Source of the DNA: Eledone cirrhosa
Lineage: Eukaryota
Direction: 5' to 3'
DNA: 64,000 nucleotides
Assembly: GCA_964016885.1 (NCBI GenBank)
Contig: OZ024740.1
Location: 362,390,001-362,454,000, forward strand
The notes beneath the pieces are model-generated. The model had not been told where the DNA came from and did no database searches. It saw nothing but the letters and a program-made list of their open reading frames with translations. The position numbers were made by a program, and so were the translations under genes. Positions 52,926-64,000 of the stretch are shown one piece after another (within the stretch, counting starts at the first letter, position 1; each line of letters starts with the position of its first letter).

Positions 52926-53837
52926 TGTTTCTACTTTAGGCACAAGGCCAGCAATTACCCAGTGCATTACTGGTACTTTATTTTATCGACCCCGTAAGGA
53001 TGAAAGGCAAAGTCAACCTCGGCGGGATTTGAACTCAGATCGTAAAGGGGCGTAACTATGCTGGAAAGCATGGCGCTCGACCCTCTACCGATACTGCCAA
53101 TCCACTTCAGAAATAATTGTTTCTACTTTTGGCACAAGGCCAGCAATTACCCAGTGCATTATTGGTACTTTATTTTATCGACCCTGTAAGGATGAAAGGC
53201 AAAGTTAACCTCGGAAATAATGATATTTGTTTATTGAAAAAAAAACAACAAAGATTTAATATAATAGGTCTGTTTGGGAACAGGTTTTGAATTGACCAAT
53301 AGAAAGGTAGTAAGTGGTCAAGATGATAGAATAGTAGTAATAGAAATTTAATTTAGGGGTAGAGGAAAGCAGACTTCAGTTTTGAATGGAAAGAGTATTT
53401 TGAATGAAAAGATTACTTTGGGGATGAAAATAGGTCAAGCCGGTGACAGGTACACGAAAATTTGATGTTATAAAAGAATAATTCTAATGTTAAAATCTAA
53501 GGAGAATAAAATTTTACGATAAATGTGTTAGTGAAAAATATCAATCCTATTTAAAACATAAGGAATTTACATCTATAAAAAGAAAATAAATTAATTTAAT
53601 TGATAGGTATATTTATATTGATAAATTTATATTAATTCATATAGATATGATAAATAAGAGTTTCTACTTTAGGCACAAGGCCAGCAATTACCCAGTGCAT
53701 TACTGGTACTTTATTTTATCGACCCCGTAAGGATGAAAGGCAAAGTCAACCTCGGCGGGATTTGAACTCAGATCGTAAAGGGACGTAACTATGCTGGAAA
53801 GCATGGTGTCTGACCCTCTACCGATACTGCCAATCCA
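52922..53837 (-). mobile_element. Three SINE family B copies (52922-53105, 53112-53215, 53660-53837)
   Basis: Reverse complements of the family B consensus. Confidence 0.85.
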
Positions 53838-53912
53838 TAACAATATTTGATTCAACACACAATTTCATATAAAAATTCTTGCAAAACAAATTCATCACCA
53901 TCACAGCACAAG

Positions 53913-54030
<118 letters not shown>

Positions 54031-54202
54031 ATTAGTATATCTACCAACATATGTATACAGATGTATACCCATGCTAGCAAATATATATGTTATGTCTTAG
54101 TACCTTTGTGGTTCTATGCAGGGGGATGCAGAACAATTATATGAAAGACGTAAAATAAGAAAATTTTAAAAATTAAAAATTAACTTACTTACTAAAATTT
54201 TC

Positions 54203-54284
54203 ACTCAAACTAATTAGTTTCTGTAAGGGGATAAATATATTTACGTAACATAACTATAGAGAATTCCTTACGTCATCAGGGAGT
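54203..54284 (-). ncRNA. Type I hammerhead motif, left arm
   Basis: Reverse complement of the 54646 motif; one stem I mismatch next to the cleavage site. Confidence 0.7.
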
Positions 54285-54645
54285 CTATTCTCAGCTAAGT
54301 TCCCAGGCAATGCGCGGACACTAGGAACCCATATAAAAATAATAATAATTCAGTGGATGGAATAAAGCTAGCGGGGACTAAATTCCAAAGCACTGAAAAA
54401 ATTCACTGCCTCCTTGGTCAGTGTCACGTGATTGATTCTAAAGAATCAATCACGTGACGCTGAGGTTAATCAGTGAGGAGTGGGGTGGTATTATGACAAG
54501 AGCCTACTACTACCATGAATCACAGCAGTAAATTTTAGCAAGTTTTACTCAACAAATAATTTGGAGATAAATATAGAGAATTAGTATATCTACCAACATA
54601 TGTTCCTAGTGTCCGCGCATTGCCTGGGAACTTAGCTGAGAATAG

Positions 54646-54727
54646 ACTCCCTGATGACGTAAGGAATTCTCTATAGTTATGTTACGTAACTATATTTATC
54701 CCCTTACAGAAACTAATTAGTTGGAGT
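54646..54727 (+). ncRNA. Type I hammerhead ribozyme motif
   Basis: actcc CTGATGA c-gtaagg...(tatagttatg/cgtaactata)...ccttac-a GAAA ctaattag TT ggagt; palindromic stem III AACTAATTAGTT. Confidence 0.8.
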
Positions 54728-54782
54728 GAAAATTTTAGTAAGTAAGTTAATTTTAAATTTTTAAAATTTCTTATTTTACGTC

Positions 54783-54876
<94 letters not shown>

Positions 54877-55262
54877 TCATCATCATCTTTGTTTAACATC
54901 CATCTTCCATGTTAGCATGGGTTAGACAATATATATATATATATATATATAGTTTTGCGAGGTTTTTGATATGAAATCGTGTGTCAAAACAAATATTTTT
55001 ATACTTGGGGAGGATCATATTTGTGTAATAATATGGCCAGAATTAATAACAGAACACACTCACTGTTTGGTTGGTTTTCGGTTCCGTATCTTTTATATCG
55101 GTTAATTTAATTTATTCGGTCCTCAATGTTACCATTGACTGATCAACGGTCAAAAACACAGATATAATATAGACACAAACACATATATATAGTCTAACAA
55201 AGTTCTTTCATTGCACATCTGCAACATCGTCAGTGGTGCTATTATGTTTCATCCTGTTGTAT

Positions 55263-55354
55263 TGTATGCCTACGCCATCTTTATAAAGATGGCGTAGGCA
55301 TACACTCTTAGTACGGCTGTTACTTAAATATAAGTAACAGCCGTACTAAGAGTG
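55263..55354. repeat. Two back-to-back palindromes (42-bp perfect; 24-bp arms with 4-nt loop)
   Basis: tgtatgcctacgccatcttta|taaagatggcgtaggcataca and cactcttagtacggctgttactta-aata-taagtaacagccgtactaagagtg. Confidence 0.95.
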
Positions 55355-55506
55355 AGAAATGAAATTTCGTTTCATTTTTTCCATTTATTGTTTTCGGTGC
55401 GCCCGGCCGATTAACTCACTCGATATACAAATTAGGCTGCTCAGCCGTTAATATGCATAAGGAAAGTATATATTTTCAGACATTCAATCATCTGGCAGGA
55501 AGGTAT

Positions 55507-55549
55507 ACGTTGCTGATGATAGCTAATAAGCTTGAAACTAGTACATTGT
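55507..55549 (+). ncRNA. Minimal type I hammerhead motif inside a partial tandem unit of about 435 bp (55321-55822)
   Basis: acgttg CTGATGA t-agct-aata-agct-t GAAA ctag TA cattgt; about 65-bp direct repeat at 55321-55387 and 55756-55822. Confidence 0.7.
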
Positions 55550-56082
55550 TCCTTTGTCAGTGTTGAACAAAAGGGCAACGATGGTTGCTAAACACTGTAC
55601 GGCTTAATTCGGGATGTTTGTTTACAAACAAACCGACCATTATAATAAATGTTTGGTAAATCCATACGTACATATATATATATATGTGTGCATGTATGTA
55701 TATATATATATACATACTACTGTACGTCTGTATACATATATGTATGTACGTATACATACTTATATTTAAGTAACAGCCATACTAAGAGTGAGAAATGAAA
55801 TTTCGTTTCATTTTTTCCATTTATATATATATATATATTCATGAAGGCGTGTGGCTGAGTGGTTAGAGAATTGGATGGATTTGTAATCGTGAGGTTCTGA
55901 GTTTGATTCCCGGACCGGGTGATGCGTTATGTTCTTGAGCAAGACTATTTATTTTACGTTGCTCCTTTACCTAGAGTTGCGACCGATAGATAATATTAGA
56001 AACTGGAAAGACCAATGGAAACATTGTTCCCTCGGTCCGATTTGACGAAAGTCGATCGAAAAAAAAAAGATATATATATATA

Positions 56083-57572
56083 TCATCATCATCATCATCA
56101 TTTAACGTCTATCTTCCATGCTAGCATGGGTTAGACGGGAGTTGTCCCACTTGAGGCAAGATTGGTTGGGTGACCCTGTCTCGCTCGTATAGAACTATCT
56201 GGCAGGTTTTCTACAGCTGGATGCCCTTCCTAACACCAACCACATTTACAGTGTGGACTAGGAACTTTTTACCATGTTGCCTACACGGCCACATTACAGT
56301 GTAGACTGTGTGTTTTTTTTGTCGTGACACCTACACAATCTCATTAGTTTGGACTGGATGTTGTGGTACCAATATTACTTTATAGAGAAAGGGTGGTGTT
56401 GGCGGGAGTGAGAGGATGGAGTAGGAGTAGTGGGTTGGGGTGTATGTTTGGTTTGGAGGAGCCCACTGACTGTAGGTTAACTTTGCACATAGGGAAGGTG
56501 GGTCTTCTGTAATACTGTGTGACGTCAATGATTTGATCCAGTGACATTGTCTTAGAGAGGTGCAAGTGTGCAAGCTCAGACTTGATCATGTTATCCCAGG
56601 TTTTTCTGGGTCTACCTACTCCTTAACTTCCCACAATTTTGATCGCCCTGCACTTTTTTATACAGCTGTCGTCTTTCATGCGCATCGCGTGACCGTACCA
56701 ACGTAATCTTCTCTCGAGTAAACAGTATCTGATCCCTCTTATTCCTAATTTCTCACTTAGTTCATTTATGCTTTGCTGTTTACGTATATTACTATTACAC
56801 ATCCAACAGAGCATGCATGCTTCATTCCTTTTCAGTCTGCGCAGGTCCTCTGCACACAACGCCCACGTCTTACTGCCATGTAACATTGCTGTTCGTATAC
56901 AAGCATCATACAATCTGCCTTTCATTTTCAGAGAGAAACCTTTTGTGGCCAACAGCGGTATAAGCTCTCTGAACTATTTCCATCCCGTTCTAACTCTGGC
57001 TACTGTACTTTTAGAAAACCCTCCACCACTGCTGATTTTGTCATCCAGGTAACGGAAAGTGTCCACTATTTCTATAGAACCATCTGGGCAGTTGAAAGAA
57101 CTAGTATCCTGTGGACACTTGCTACTATTGCACCTGAGCATTGGCCACATATAAAATCTACATTCTTAGATAGCTTACCTGTGATCCCACTACATCTTTT
57201 ATGTACCCATAGTTTGCATTTGGGACATAGAATGGAATTTCTACCTAGTCCTTTCCTACATACTGAGCATGGCCAATTTCAAGAGGGCACCTGTGACCTA
57301 TTTTCCTTTCTACATACTAGAACTTTAGTCTTAGACAACTTAACTTTAAGGCCTTTTGATTCTAAGCCATGTGTTTGGAATTTCTTCTCTAGTTCAGCCA
57401 TCGATTCAGCTATGAGGGTTAGATCATCTGCATATAGAAGTTCCCATGGGCAGCCAGTCTTAAACTCCTCTGTTACAGCCTGAAGGGGGCTAAGGACAGA
57501 GCCTTGATGAACACCGACTTTTACGCTAAATTCTTCACTATATTCATTGTTAATTCTAACCTTACTGACCTG
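56083..57572 (-). mobile_element. RTE-clade LINE 3' half, disrupted
   Basis: VHQGSVLSPL, WELLYADD, RRLRWYGH; 5' end at a (CA)n tract; (GAT)n tail. Confidence 0.9.
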
Positions 57573-57648
<76 letters not shown>

Positions 57649-57659
57649 CTGTATATATA

Positions 57660-58000
57660 ATGGAGGCACATGGCTTAGTGGTTAGAGCATTGGCCTTGCA
57701 ATCGAAAGGTTGTGAGTTCAATTCTCAGACCGGATGATGTGTTGTTTTTTTTAGCAAGACACTTTATTTCACATTGCTCCAGTTTACTCAGCTGTAGAAA
57801 TGAGACTGGGGTCCCTATCATTCCACTGCAAAGTGATCGTGGAGGTGCCATGGCAAAAAAGCACCCAGCACTCAATGTAAATGAGGTTGGTGTTAGGAAG
57901 GGCATCCAGCTGTAGAAATCAAGCCAGAATCAGTTCCCGTCCCACCCTTGCAAGCCGGGAAAAAGCGGACATAAAATGAAATGAGGATGATGATGATGAT
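57660..58000 (+). mobile_element. SINE family A
   Basis: Matches 14237-14585. Confidence 0.9.
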
Positions 58001-58973
58001 ATCAAATTCCACTCAAAATATATTGGTCAACATAAAGGTATGGTAGAAGACAGTTGCCTGAAGTGCTCTGCAATGGGATTGAACCCAGAAATACTTAAGC
58101 ACACAACTGTGTCTGTTCCCACAACTTCATGACTTTCTTGATACATAGTCTTGTTAATTTTAACACATTAACAATTCAATAACAATCAACTGCTTATACA
58201 AGGAAAGACAATCATATCAGTTTCTTCATTAATATCCATTCTAGTCTTTTCAATTAACTGAAATTGAGCACTTCTCATAAATAATCCCGTCTGTAGTTTT
58301 GCTTTATTTTCAATGCAAGTATAATTATCACTCAATAAACTGCATTTATTCGTTGTCATTGATTATGTACAAATTTTAATACTAGAATATCTGAATTGGG
58401 GAAAAAAATATGGTTGTGTAGTTAAGTAGTATGTTTTGCAATCATGTGGTTCTAAGTTCTGTCTCACTGTACTACATCTTGGTCAAGTGTTTTCTACTAC
58501 ATCCACAAGTTAACCAATGACATGTGATTGGAATTTAGTAGACACTAACTGCAGAGTAGTCCATCATTAGCAGGCAATTTTCATCAAAGAATGCTTTTCT
58601 TTCATTTTTTTAATTCCATGTCTCCCCTGTGCCTCATCACCAATTGTGTATTCCTTGCAGACTGTCCCCATGAATTGTCAATCGTCATGAAGGTGGTTTC
58701 TATGAAAGTTTACTCAGTGGGGCTGTATGTTGAAGTATTTGTTAATGTCTCTGCTGATGACATGGATGGACAGAATAATAAAGTAATGTTGAAGGAATGC
58801 ATGAGATGATCAATAAGAGCCAGATTACTTAAATTGCCACAGTAACAGTGATTGATAATATTACTATTTTCCATATTTTTTTATTTTGTTTTTCCTGCAC
58901 TCATAACTCCCCCTAAACTAATTCCCGACTTCGCAAACCAAACAATGGACTGCACCAGCCATATGTATGTATG

Positions 58974-60745
58974 TGTAGCGCTCTCTAGACAAAGGGAAGT
59001 AGCCAAAGTTACTTCCCGTAGAATTTCTAGAATACTCCTTGAACTTCCGTTTCAGAGATTATAAAAGAAGGAGCAAAGGACAATCTACGTCTTTTTCACC
59101 ACTTGGTCTTAAGGCCAGATATGGTTACGCCAAAAGGTATACTCTCTTTCACCAACGGCTCTAGAACTGACCACATCAAGCACAGATGCTAAACTTTTTC
59201 TAATCCTATCCTATACCTCAGGATTACACCACATCATGGCACGAGGTACGTTTCACTACCAAAATTGTAACAAGCTACTTCAATAAATGCAAATCGTTAC
59301 TGATACACTTTTCCGAAGTATTCGTCTTGTTTCAATTACTACATCGTCATTTCTTTTACATCTTCTAAACAAATTAAATTAGTGGTTGGCATGTAGTGGT
59401 ATTTACTGGAGTAAATAACCCTATGGTCAATTCACTAAAATGGTGACCCCGAGCAAACACTAAAATGGTGACCCTGACGGAGTGAAACACCAACTATTAA
59501 AATGGTGACCCTAACGTAAAATAACACCAACTGAAGAAGAAGAAAAATGTCTATTCCCACCTCACGTGGTGACAACGTTCAAATGCTTCTAACTTGGCTG
59601 TTTATACTTTCGCTTAATCTTACTACGAACCATTCATTAAATTGGACTCTTTCATTTTTGAACTTGATATTTCTTTTTTCTGAAAATTACACCTCGTGTC
59701 TTTCTCGTTCAACCAAGCTTTTGTTTAAGACCAACAACCAATATGGCGACTGCTGCCTTCCTCTTTCATTTTCGAGCAGCCATCTTGTCTTCTTCGTTTC
59801 GTCATTTTCCCGCGCTGTGGATTTTACCAACACACTCATTGCTATTCATCTCAAAGAATAGTTCGGCCACGAGCTACTTTATTGATGCCAGTAAAAAAAA
59901 TTGCGACACCTTGCGTCGTGAATTGACGTCACTTGCTGGGCCTTTTTTATGAACGTTCGTTCTGCGGTCAGCTACTTAAAAGAAACTTATCTGGACTCAC
60001 CCAGACCACCAGTTCCAGATTGCCAGCTAAAGTAGAGGCGATTCAGTAATTAGCTCCAACATCCTTGAAATAATTACGCCATTTTTTTAGGATTAACTTC
60101 TATCGTCGCTTTATTCCTAACTGTGCGGACAAGTTATTCCCCTTGACACAGTTTTTAAGGGCTGCAAAAAAGAAAGATAAAAAAAATTCACTTTCTGCCG
60201 ATGCATTGCAGTCTTTTAAATCCGTCAAGTCTGAGCTAGCTAAAGTTTCCTTCCTTGCCCATCCTGTTGCAAATGCGAGACTTTCCTTATCTGTTGATGC
60301 ATCTGATCGTGCTGTTGGCGCAGTTTTGCATCATGTAATCGATCACCAAGTTCAACCATTGGCATTTTTCTCTCACCAATTAAAATCAGCAGAACAGAGA
60401 TACAGCACCTTTGACAGAGAACTTTTGGTGATTTATCTTGCCGTGAAGCACTTCCACCATCTTTTGGAGGGGCGGGAGTTCACGATATTAACGGACCACA
60501 AACCGTTAACGTTCGCTTTACAATCCAAGTCCGACAAGTACTCTCCAAGAGCGTATAGACATCTGGATCTCATCTCACAGTATACCAGTGACATTCGTCA
60601 CATAACTGGAACTTCCAACATACCTACGGACGCACTATCTCGACTTTCTGTGTGTTCTCTTGCGTCTCCTGCACACATCGATTTAGTTGCCATTGCAACT
60701 GACCAGCCTACCTTGGAATCGTTGGACATGAACAGCATTGTCATC
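58974..60745 (+). mobile_element. Degenerate Ty3/Gypsy element: probable 5' LTR (58974-59440), PBS-like tggtgacccc, pol fragment
   Basis: TG start; tggtgaccc at 59441, 59466 and 59502; NFYRRFIPNCA, LSVDASDRAVGAVL, YSTFDRELL, TDHKPL, NIPTDALSR. Confidence 0.7.
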
Positions 60746-60763
60746 AACAACAGCTACTGGTAA
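60143..60763 (+). pseudogene. Gypsy RNase H fragment
   Basis: DAS, RELL, TDHKPL, DALSR motifs. Confidence 0.85.
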
Positions 60764-60944
60764 AACATTTGCCACAACACCAACGGCGATTTCACAGCAA
60801 CATAACAGAAGTGGTAGTTTCATACATTTACCGCCAACAACAACTTTTATAACAATTAATGCAAGAACAGCAACTTTGAAAACATTTTGCACATTTTCGC
60901 CGATGTCAGACTTTATTTGTTTTCTATTAGACCCTGAGTGGTCA

Positions 60945-61323
60945 TGTTATAAATAGCAAACAGCCAGTCATTTGACACAGCGGCATACATAACACTGGCC
61001 CCTTAGCGCCTCATTCATAATTTTCTTCTTGCATTCATTCATTCATTCATTCATTCATTTTTTTTATTGATGTGCTCTTTTTCAGTGTTTTCACACTAGT
61101 GATGTATGAACTATTTTTTTTTTAAAGAAACTTTGAACTTACCATTGAGCATTGTTGTGCGTTCTAATATTGCAAAACTAAAGCTCCAATTCCAAGCTTT
61201 TATTCAATATCTAGAATATAAAAACAGTAATTAGTCTTGAAGAAATATAACAATAATATTTGTAAGAAAAGAAAGATATGCAATAAAACAAAGTTATATT
61301 GAGGATAGATGAACTTCATAACA
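60945..61323 (-). repeat. 3' LTR of the minus-strand Gypsy element
   Basis: TGTTAT...ATAACA inverted termini; preceded on the minus strand by purine-rich aaaatcggcgaagaa directly after the pol stop. Confidence 0.7.
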
Positions 61324-61336
61324 TTCTTCGCCGATT

Positions 61337-64000
61337 TTATTGTTCTTCAATATAGCGCTTGGGGGCTACGCGTATACGATTGCTTCGTCTCACGGGGTCA
61401 ACAGGAACTTGCGGTAGGATGCTAGTGCTATTTGCCACGGGATTTAAATCAATGACGGTTTCATCTAAGAGTAGATCGTTACTGTGGTCGATGTTAAGTG
61501 GTCTCGGCGTATCAGCAGGACTGCTAATCGAACTGTTTTCTTGGATGGATTGATTGTCATTATTTTGACAATTAATTGGGCCAGGGGAGAGGTCTGCTGT
61601 TGAGACTGTACTAGATCTTCCATTTTGATATCTGACAACCGCGAAATTAGCATTCACCATCTGTTCGATAATAACTTTATTCACTAATGGGTCGTTCTTT
61701 GTACGAATAAAGTTTCTAATATAGGCGTCGTTTCCAACTCTAAGCCAATCTGGTAGGGAAAATCCTAAGGAACCCTTTCGATCGAATCTAAATATGCGGT
61801 TATGGGGTGTCTCATTAGTCGCTGTACAGAGAAGTGATCGTTGCGAGGCAAGAACTTCTGGTATGATATCTTCCCACTTAGTTTCTTTAAGTTTGCGCGA
61901 GTTAATTATGCATTGAATTCCTTTCCAGAGGACTCCGTTGTAGCGCTCGTTTTGGCCATTTCCTTGTGGATGGTACGGCGAAGTGCGCGTGTGGGATATA
62001 CCATTGGACAAGCAGAAATGATCGAATTCTTTGGAGAGAAACTGAGTTCCTCGATCGGAGTGTATGAATGAGGGAGCTCCGAAGATTTGTTTGAGACAGT
62101 TAATGACAGTGTTTGAGGTGATGTCACGGATACCGAAAGCAAAAGGAAATCTGCTGAATTCGTCTACTGCAGTCAATAAGTATATGTTTCCTGCTTTTGA
62201 AGATTTTGGTTTTGGTCCAACGATATTGATTGACAGACGTTCGAACGGCCTTGTTGACTTAATGAGTTTAGCAGATGGAGGCTTGAAGAATGTTGGCTTG
62301 CACTCCAAACATGATACGCAGTTTTTGACGACGTCGCGGATTTCGTCTACGGAAAAGGGCAGGTTATGGCGTCGGATATAATCGTAAAATCTAGTTACTC
62401 CTGGGTGTGCTAGTTGGTCGTGGAGTACTTTTAAATCACAGGGTGGCGATATAGCTGCAGCGATTCTTGAAAGACAAACGGCTTGGGTGTTGAGGTAGCC
62501 GGGTTTGTAGTCAATGTCAAATTGATGCTCTGATAGTTCTAAACGCCAGCGAGATATTTTATCATTTTTGATTCCTGATTTATTACTCGAGAAAATGAAG
62601 GCTACTGATTTTTGGTCAGTCCGTATAATCGTATGAAAACACTTCACGTATTGCGACCATCTCCGTACAGCTTCAATAATAGCCATAGCTTCTCGCTCCA
62701 CAGTTGATTGTCTTTTCTCGGACGGTGTAAGTGTTCTCGACAGGAAGGCCACGGGCCGTTCGTTTTGAGAAAGTATAGCTCCGATTGCATCGCCAGACGC
62801 ATCTGTTTCTATTACCAATGCGTGGCCAGTTTTAAGAGGAATGCTAAGAGCGGCATTAGAGATATCTGCTTTCATGGCTTGTATTACATCTGTAGCTACT
62901 TTATTCAGCGGGAACGAGTCAGCTTGTAATAGTGGTTGGATTTTCTTCGAGTAATCGGCAATCCACCTAGCATTATAGGCTAGGAATCCAAGGAATCGTT
63001 TCAGTTGTTGTTTGTTTGTTGGGATTGGGTAGTCTAGTAGGGTTTTGATGCGTTCCTTATTGGGTTTCTTTACTCCGTTCTGAATGTTATAACCTAGTAT
63101 AGATATACTCTTTTGGCAGATTTTACTCTTATCCGAGTTAAGAGTTAGGTTTTCTGTCTTCACGGCGTTAAAGAATGCTTCCACATTTCTATCATGTTCA
63201 GCTTTGGTATTTCCCGTGACTATGACGTTGTCAATATAGTCATAGGTTTTGAGTAAGTTATATTTCTCTATAACTTGATCCATAATTCTCTGAAAAACAG
63301 GTACAGCGTTAGTTACGCCGAAGGGTAAGCGGCAGAATTGGTAGAGTTTGTGATTAGCCTGAAATGCCGTTAGAGGTTTGTCGATTTTTCTTAAAGGTAC
63401 TTGGTGATACGCTGATTTGAGGTCGAATTCTGAAAAATATTTATCCTGTGCCACTTTGTTAACAACATCCTCAATGTCGGGGGATGGATAGGCATCCAAT
63501 TGTGTATACTTATTAATTGTCTGGGAGTAGTCTACCACGAGTCGAGGTTTCTTTCCGTGTACTATGAAGCACTGAGCTCGCCAAGGTGAAATTGATTCCT
63601 CAATGATACCGGCTTCTAGGAGGCGAGTTATTTCGGACTTAATAAAATTGTCGTCTCTCTTGTTAATGTAACGTCCCTTAGTGGCAATCGGCTTGATATT
63701 TGTCTCGGCTAAATCGTGGAAGACAAGAGGCGGATTAACTTCTATTGTCGGAAAGGTACAGCATAGTTGATTTGAAAATTTCATGGGAGGCCGGGCACCG
63801 CCAAGGTGCAGAATAATAGAGCTATGCTGGGTGAGGACATCCATTCCGATAATGACGTCTGCGACAAGGCTTTTTGAAATGATTAGGTTCACAGAGTATT
63901 CCTCGCTGTAGATACATATTGGTATGGATGTAGTACCAGTCGTCATTAATATGTTATTGTCGGCTAGTGTGATTGCCCGTTTTTCTTGTTTTACGCTCAA
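61337..64000 (-). CDS. Ty3/Gypsy pol polyprotein (protease C-terminus, RT, RNase H, integrase), continues beyond the window
   Basis: IIGMD, SPWRAQ, RLVVDY, FDLKSAYHQ, RLPFG, YIDN, ETDAS, HxxxxHPG...CVSC zinc finger, IHSDRG, NGQNER. Confidence 0.95.
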   Translation of the reverse strand: MSVKQEKRAITLADNNILMTTGTTSIPICIYSEEYSVNLIISKSLVADVIIGMDVLTQHSSIILHLGGARPPMKFSNQLCCTFPTIEVNPPLVFHDLAETNIKPIATKGRYINKRDDNFIKSEITRLLEAGIIEESISPWRAQCFIVHGKKPRLVVDYSQTINKYTQLDAYPSPDIEDVVNKVAQDKYFSEFDLKSAYHQVPLRKIDKPLTAFQANHKLYQFCRLPFGVTNAVPVFQRIMDQVIEKYNLLKTYDYIDNVIVTGNTKAEHDRNVEAFFNAVKTENLTLNSDKSKICQKSISILGYNIQNGVKKPNKERIKTLLDYPIPTNKQQLKRFLGFLAYNARWIADYSKKIQPLLQADSFPLNKVATDVIQAMKADISNAALSIPLKTGHALVIETDASGDAIGAILSQNERPVAFLSRTLTPSEKRQSTVEREAMAIIEAVRRWSQYVKCFHTIIRTDQKSVAFIFSSNKSGIKNDKISRWRLELSEHQFDIDYKPGYLNTQAVCLSRIAAAISPPCDLKVLHDQLAHPGVTRFYDYIRRHNLPFSVDEIRDVVKNCVSCLECKPTFFKPPSAKLIKSTRPFERLSINIVGPKPKSSKAGNIYLLTAVDEFSRFPFAFGIRDITSNTVINCLKQIFGAPSFIHSDRGTQFLSKEFDHFCLSNGISHTRTSPYHPQGNGQNERYNGVLWKGIQCIINSRKLKETKWEDIIPEVLASQRSLLCTATNETPHNRIFRFDRKGSLGFSLPDWLRVGNDAYIRNFIRTKNDPLVNKVIIEQMVNANFAVVRYQNGRSSTVSTADLSPGPINCQNNDNQSIQENSSISSPADTPRPLNIDHSNDLLLDETVIDLNPVANSTSILPQVPVDPVRRSNRIRVAPKRYIEEQ

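Noticed and set aside
55190-55240. Hammerhead-like ctgacga-stem-gaaa on minus (and ctgatga at about 52697)
   Set aside because: No stem I and no proper stem III/UH; the sister copy lacks GAAA; lies in a DNA-transposon-like repeat

Overview
AT-rich, microsatellite-dense eukaryotic DNA made almost entirely of mobile-element debris. The repeat mix (tRNA-headed SINEs with RTE tails, (TA)n/(CA)n/(GAT)n tracts) suggests an animal, most likely an octopus/coleoid cephalopod (inference). No host protein-coding exon could be supported. Content: many 5'-truncated RTE-clade LINEs, whose ORF carries a PHD-like zinc finger; two SINE families; two Penelope-like elements (PLE; RT + GIY-YIG); two Ty3/Gypsy LTR elements, one with an open pol ORF; two mariner derivatives; CR1-like and R4/Dong-like LINE relics; a 34-bp minisatellite; and several fold-back/MITE-like repeats. 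The main unexpected signal is about 14 type I hammerhead ribozyme motifs (stem I - CTGANGA - stem II - GAAA - stem III - UH - stem I) in about 8 distinct sequence families. Two families sit at the 3' ends of the PLEs. The rest lie in short non-coding units beside (TA)n tracts, most with inverted duplication of the 3' end (3' ends facing outward) or a partial tandem/circularly permuted layout. This looks like a PLE-mobilised, retrozyme-like population of ribozyme mini-elements. All folds were paired by eye and element boundaries are approximate.
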